Origin: Bugula neritina
Lineage: Eukaryota > Animalia > Bryozoa
Direction: 5' to 3'
Assembly (NCBI GenBank): GCA_964035545.1
Contig: OZ037770.1
Coordinates: 8,066,973 to 8,130,972 of the forward strand
DNA: 64,000 nucleotides
Shown: positions 62,601-64,000 of the stretch, one piece after another
Position numbering within the stretch: the stretch's first letter is position 1
Layout of the letters: every line of letters begins with the position of its first letter
Program-made: the position numbers and the translations under genes
The notes under the pieces: model-generated
The model's database searches: none
The model's input: the letters and a program-made list of their open reading frames with translations, nothing else
What the model was told of the DNA's origin: nothing

Positions 62601-64000
62601 GGGTCGCGAAGGAGGCCTCTTGGGATGGTGGTAAGTGGGCCTTGGAGGTGCCGAGGCTAGATTTCCGGCTACCTTTGCTGGCTCCCATCCAGATTCATGG
62701 GCTGGTAGCCCGTCGAAGCGATTGTGGAGGGGCATGGAAAAGGTAGCGGCGGGGCGGAGCCTCTTACTGGTCCGTCGTGGCTGTTGCCACTTTTGGTTAC
62801 CAGCACGCGGCACCCGTCTGGGTGACCTACGTTTCTTCTTCCCTGGAGGTTTCATCGTCGGCCCGCAAGAGGTGGGAACATCTGCGGGCCGTGGTAGTTT
62901 AACCCCGGAGTTAGGACGGGACAGTACCTGCGGAAATGACCTTGATTTCCGCATTCCCAGCAAAAACTGACCGTTTCCACTAGTGGCAGCGCCGGTGGCC
63001 ATACGGGCTCAGCGGCGGTACCTACTGGGGTTTGGGGTGTCAGTGTTGCTATCAGTTTGGCCAGCATGTCAGTCAGTTGAGTGACTTTCGATGCTGTCAC
63101 TAACTGAGCCACGGCAGCCGTCGCGGAGGTTTCCTCCTCTCGTCCCGCTGCCGTGTCCGCGCGGTCTACCTCCACTTGACGGGAGTTCCCACGACTTTTA
63201 TGCATCTGATTGGCTAGGAGGTAAGCTTCCCCCTCTGTCAGAGCATCTCAACGGTGGTGATTCCCCTAGCTAGAAACTAGTGGTAGAGACCCAGATCGTC
63301 GACGGATGCTATGAAGGCGTCAAGGGTATACCTCTCGCGGTTGGCTGGGGGCAAGTCGCTGTACGCGATCTGTGCCAGCTTCATGACCGCGGCGGCATGT
63401 TCCCGTAGCGGGGTGCGGGGATCACGCCGCAGCCTTTGTAGTCGGGCCCGGGCATCTGTAGCAGAGAGGCCGAAGCGGGCCCGCAGAGAAGCAAAGATAT
63501 TATCGATGTTTACGCCCAGCCCATAAGGCTTGGCTTTGTCCATCAATGCCATTCTAAGCTTCAGCAGGGCCACCCTAGGGGGCCACTGGGCGACGTCCAT
63601 TACGTCGCTAAACTCTTGGATGAATTGCTCCACCTCTTCTTGGCCCGTGAAGGTGGGCGCCTTTAACCGGTAGCGGTCTTCAATTAGTTCCCGCGGAACC
63701 ATTCGCTCTTCTACTACATGGTTGATAGGCATTGTCTCTACAGCATTGTCTCTGCGCTCACCTTCTACTGCCGGTGGTTGCGTTCCAGCATTCTCAGTCT
63801 CCATCTTGGATGTGCACTATCCCACTGCTGCCACCACTGTTGTGATTTTCAGAATTAGGGTCGATATGCAATCCAGAGAGTCTAATTACTTGCTAGAGAA
63901 CTTCACCAGGATAAGTCGAGTGAACGAGTATATATTTTAAACACAAGAACACATTACAAAAACGATACAAATACAGTTAATAATTCACACATCTAAACTA
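56641..64000 (-). mobile_element. Ty3/Gypsy element E5 (5' LTR runs off the window end)
   Basis: 3' LTR 56641-56946 (306 bp), 5' LTR from 63838, PBS 63819-63836, gag 62852-63804, pol 58337-62903 with stops/frameshifts. Confidence 0.95.
57241..58022 (-). CDS. E5 extra gene (ORF3, type B): double zinc finger, RSPSP/Arg-rich linker, coiled coil; one in-frame TGA at 57469-57471
   Basis: CQIC-x12-H-x3-H; CPC-x12-H-x4-C; the frame continues past TGA to RLATVEERLLRLQAEFTQLAPDLL..IKRKLR* at 57241. Confidence 0.82.

Overview
Eukaryotic (metazoan, probably invertebrate) genomic DNA: AT-rich introns, GT-AG spliced genes and a very high transposon load. There are two convergent host genes. One is an 8-exon SLC35A4-like nucleotide-sugar transporter (+, 11085-16458). 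The other is a large multi-exon receptor-type protein tyrosine phosphatase-like gene (-, 18815 to >=56384): NHL-like exons, tandem-duplicated FN3 modules, an RKKR furin site, a TM helix, one PTP domain lacking the catalytic Arg and WPD loop, and a Tyr-rich tail. Five Ty3/Gypsy LTR retrotransposons (E1-E5, all with a tRNA-Leu PBS), a solo LTR, a LINE relic, a gag relic, several non-autonomous DNA transposons/MITEs and minisatellites fill the rest. Main discovery candidate: four of the Gypsy elements carry an extra non-env gene between pol and the 3' LTR. It encodes a C2H2 + CxC-H-C double zinc finger, a basic Ser/Pro region and a C-terminal coiled coil. Conserved, phase-matched splice signals (donor GAAG|GTGAGC in early gag; CTAAC..YAG acceptor in front of the finger exon) predict a spliced subgenomic mRNA for a nuclear accessory/regulatory protein, as in complex retroviruses. 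All alignments and identities were judged by eye; no database searches were run.
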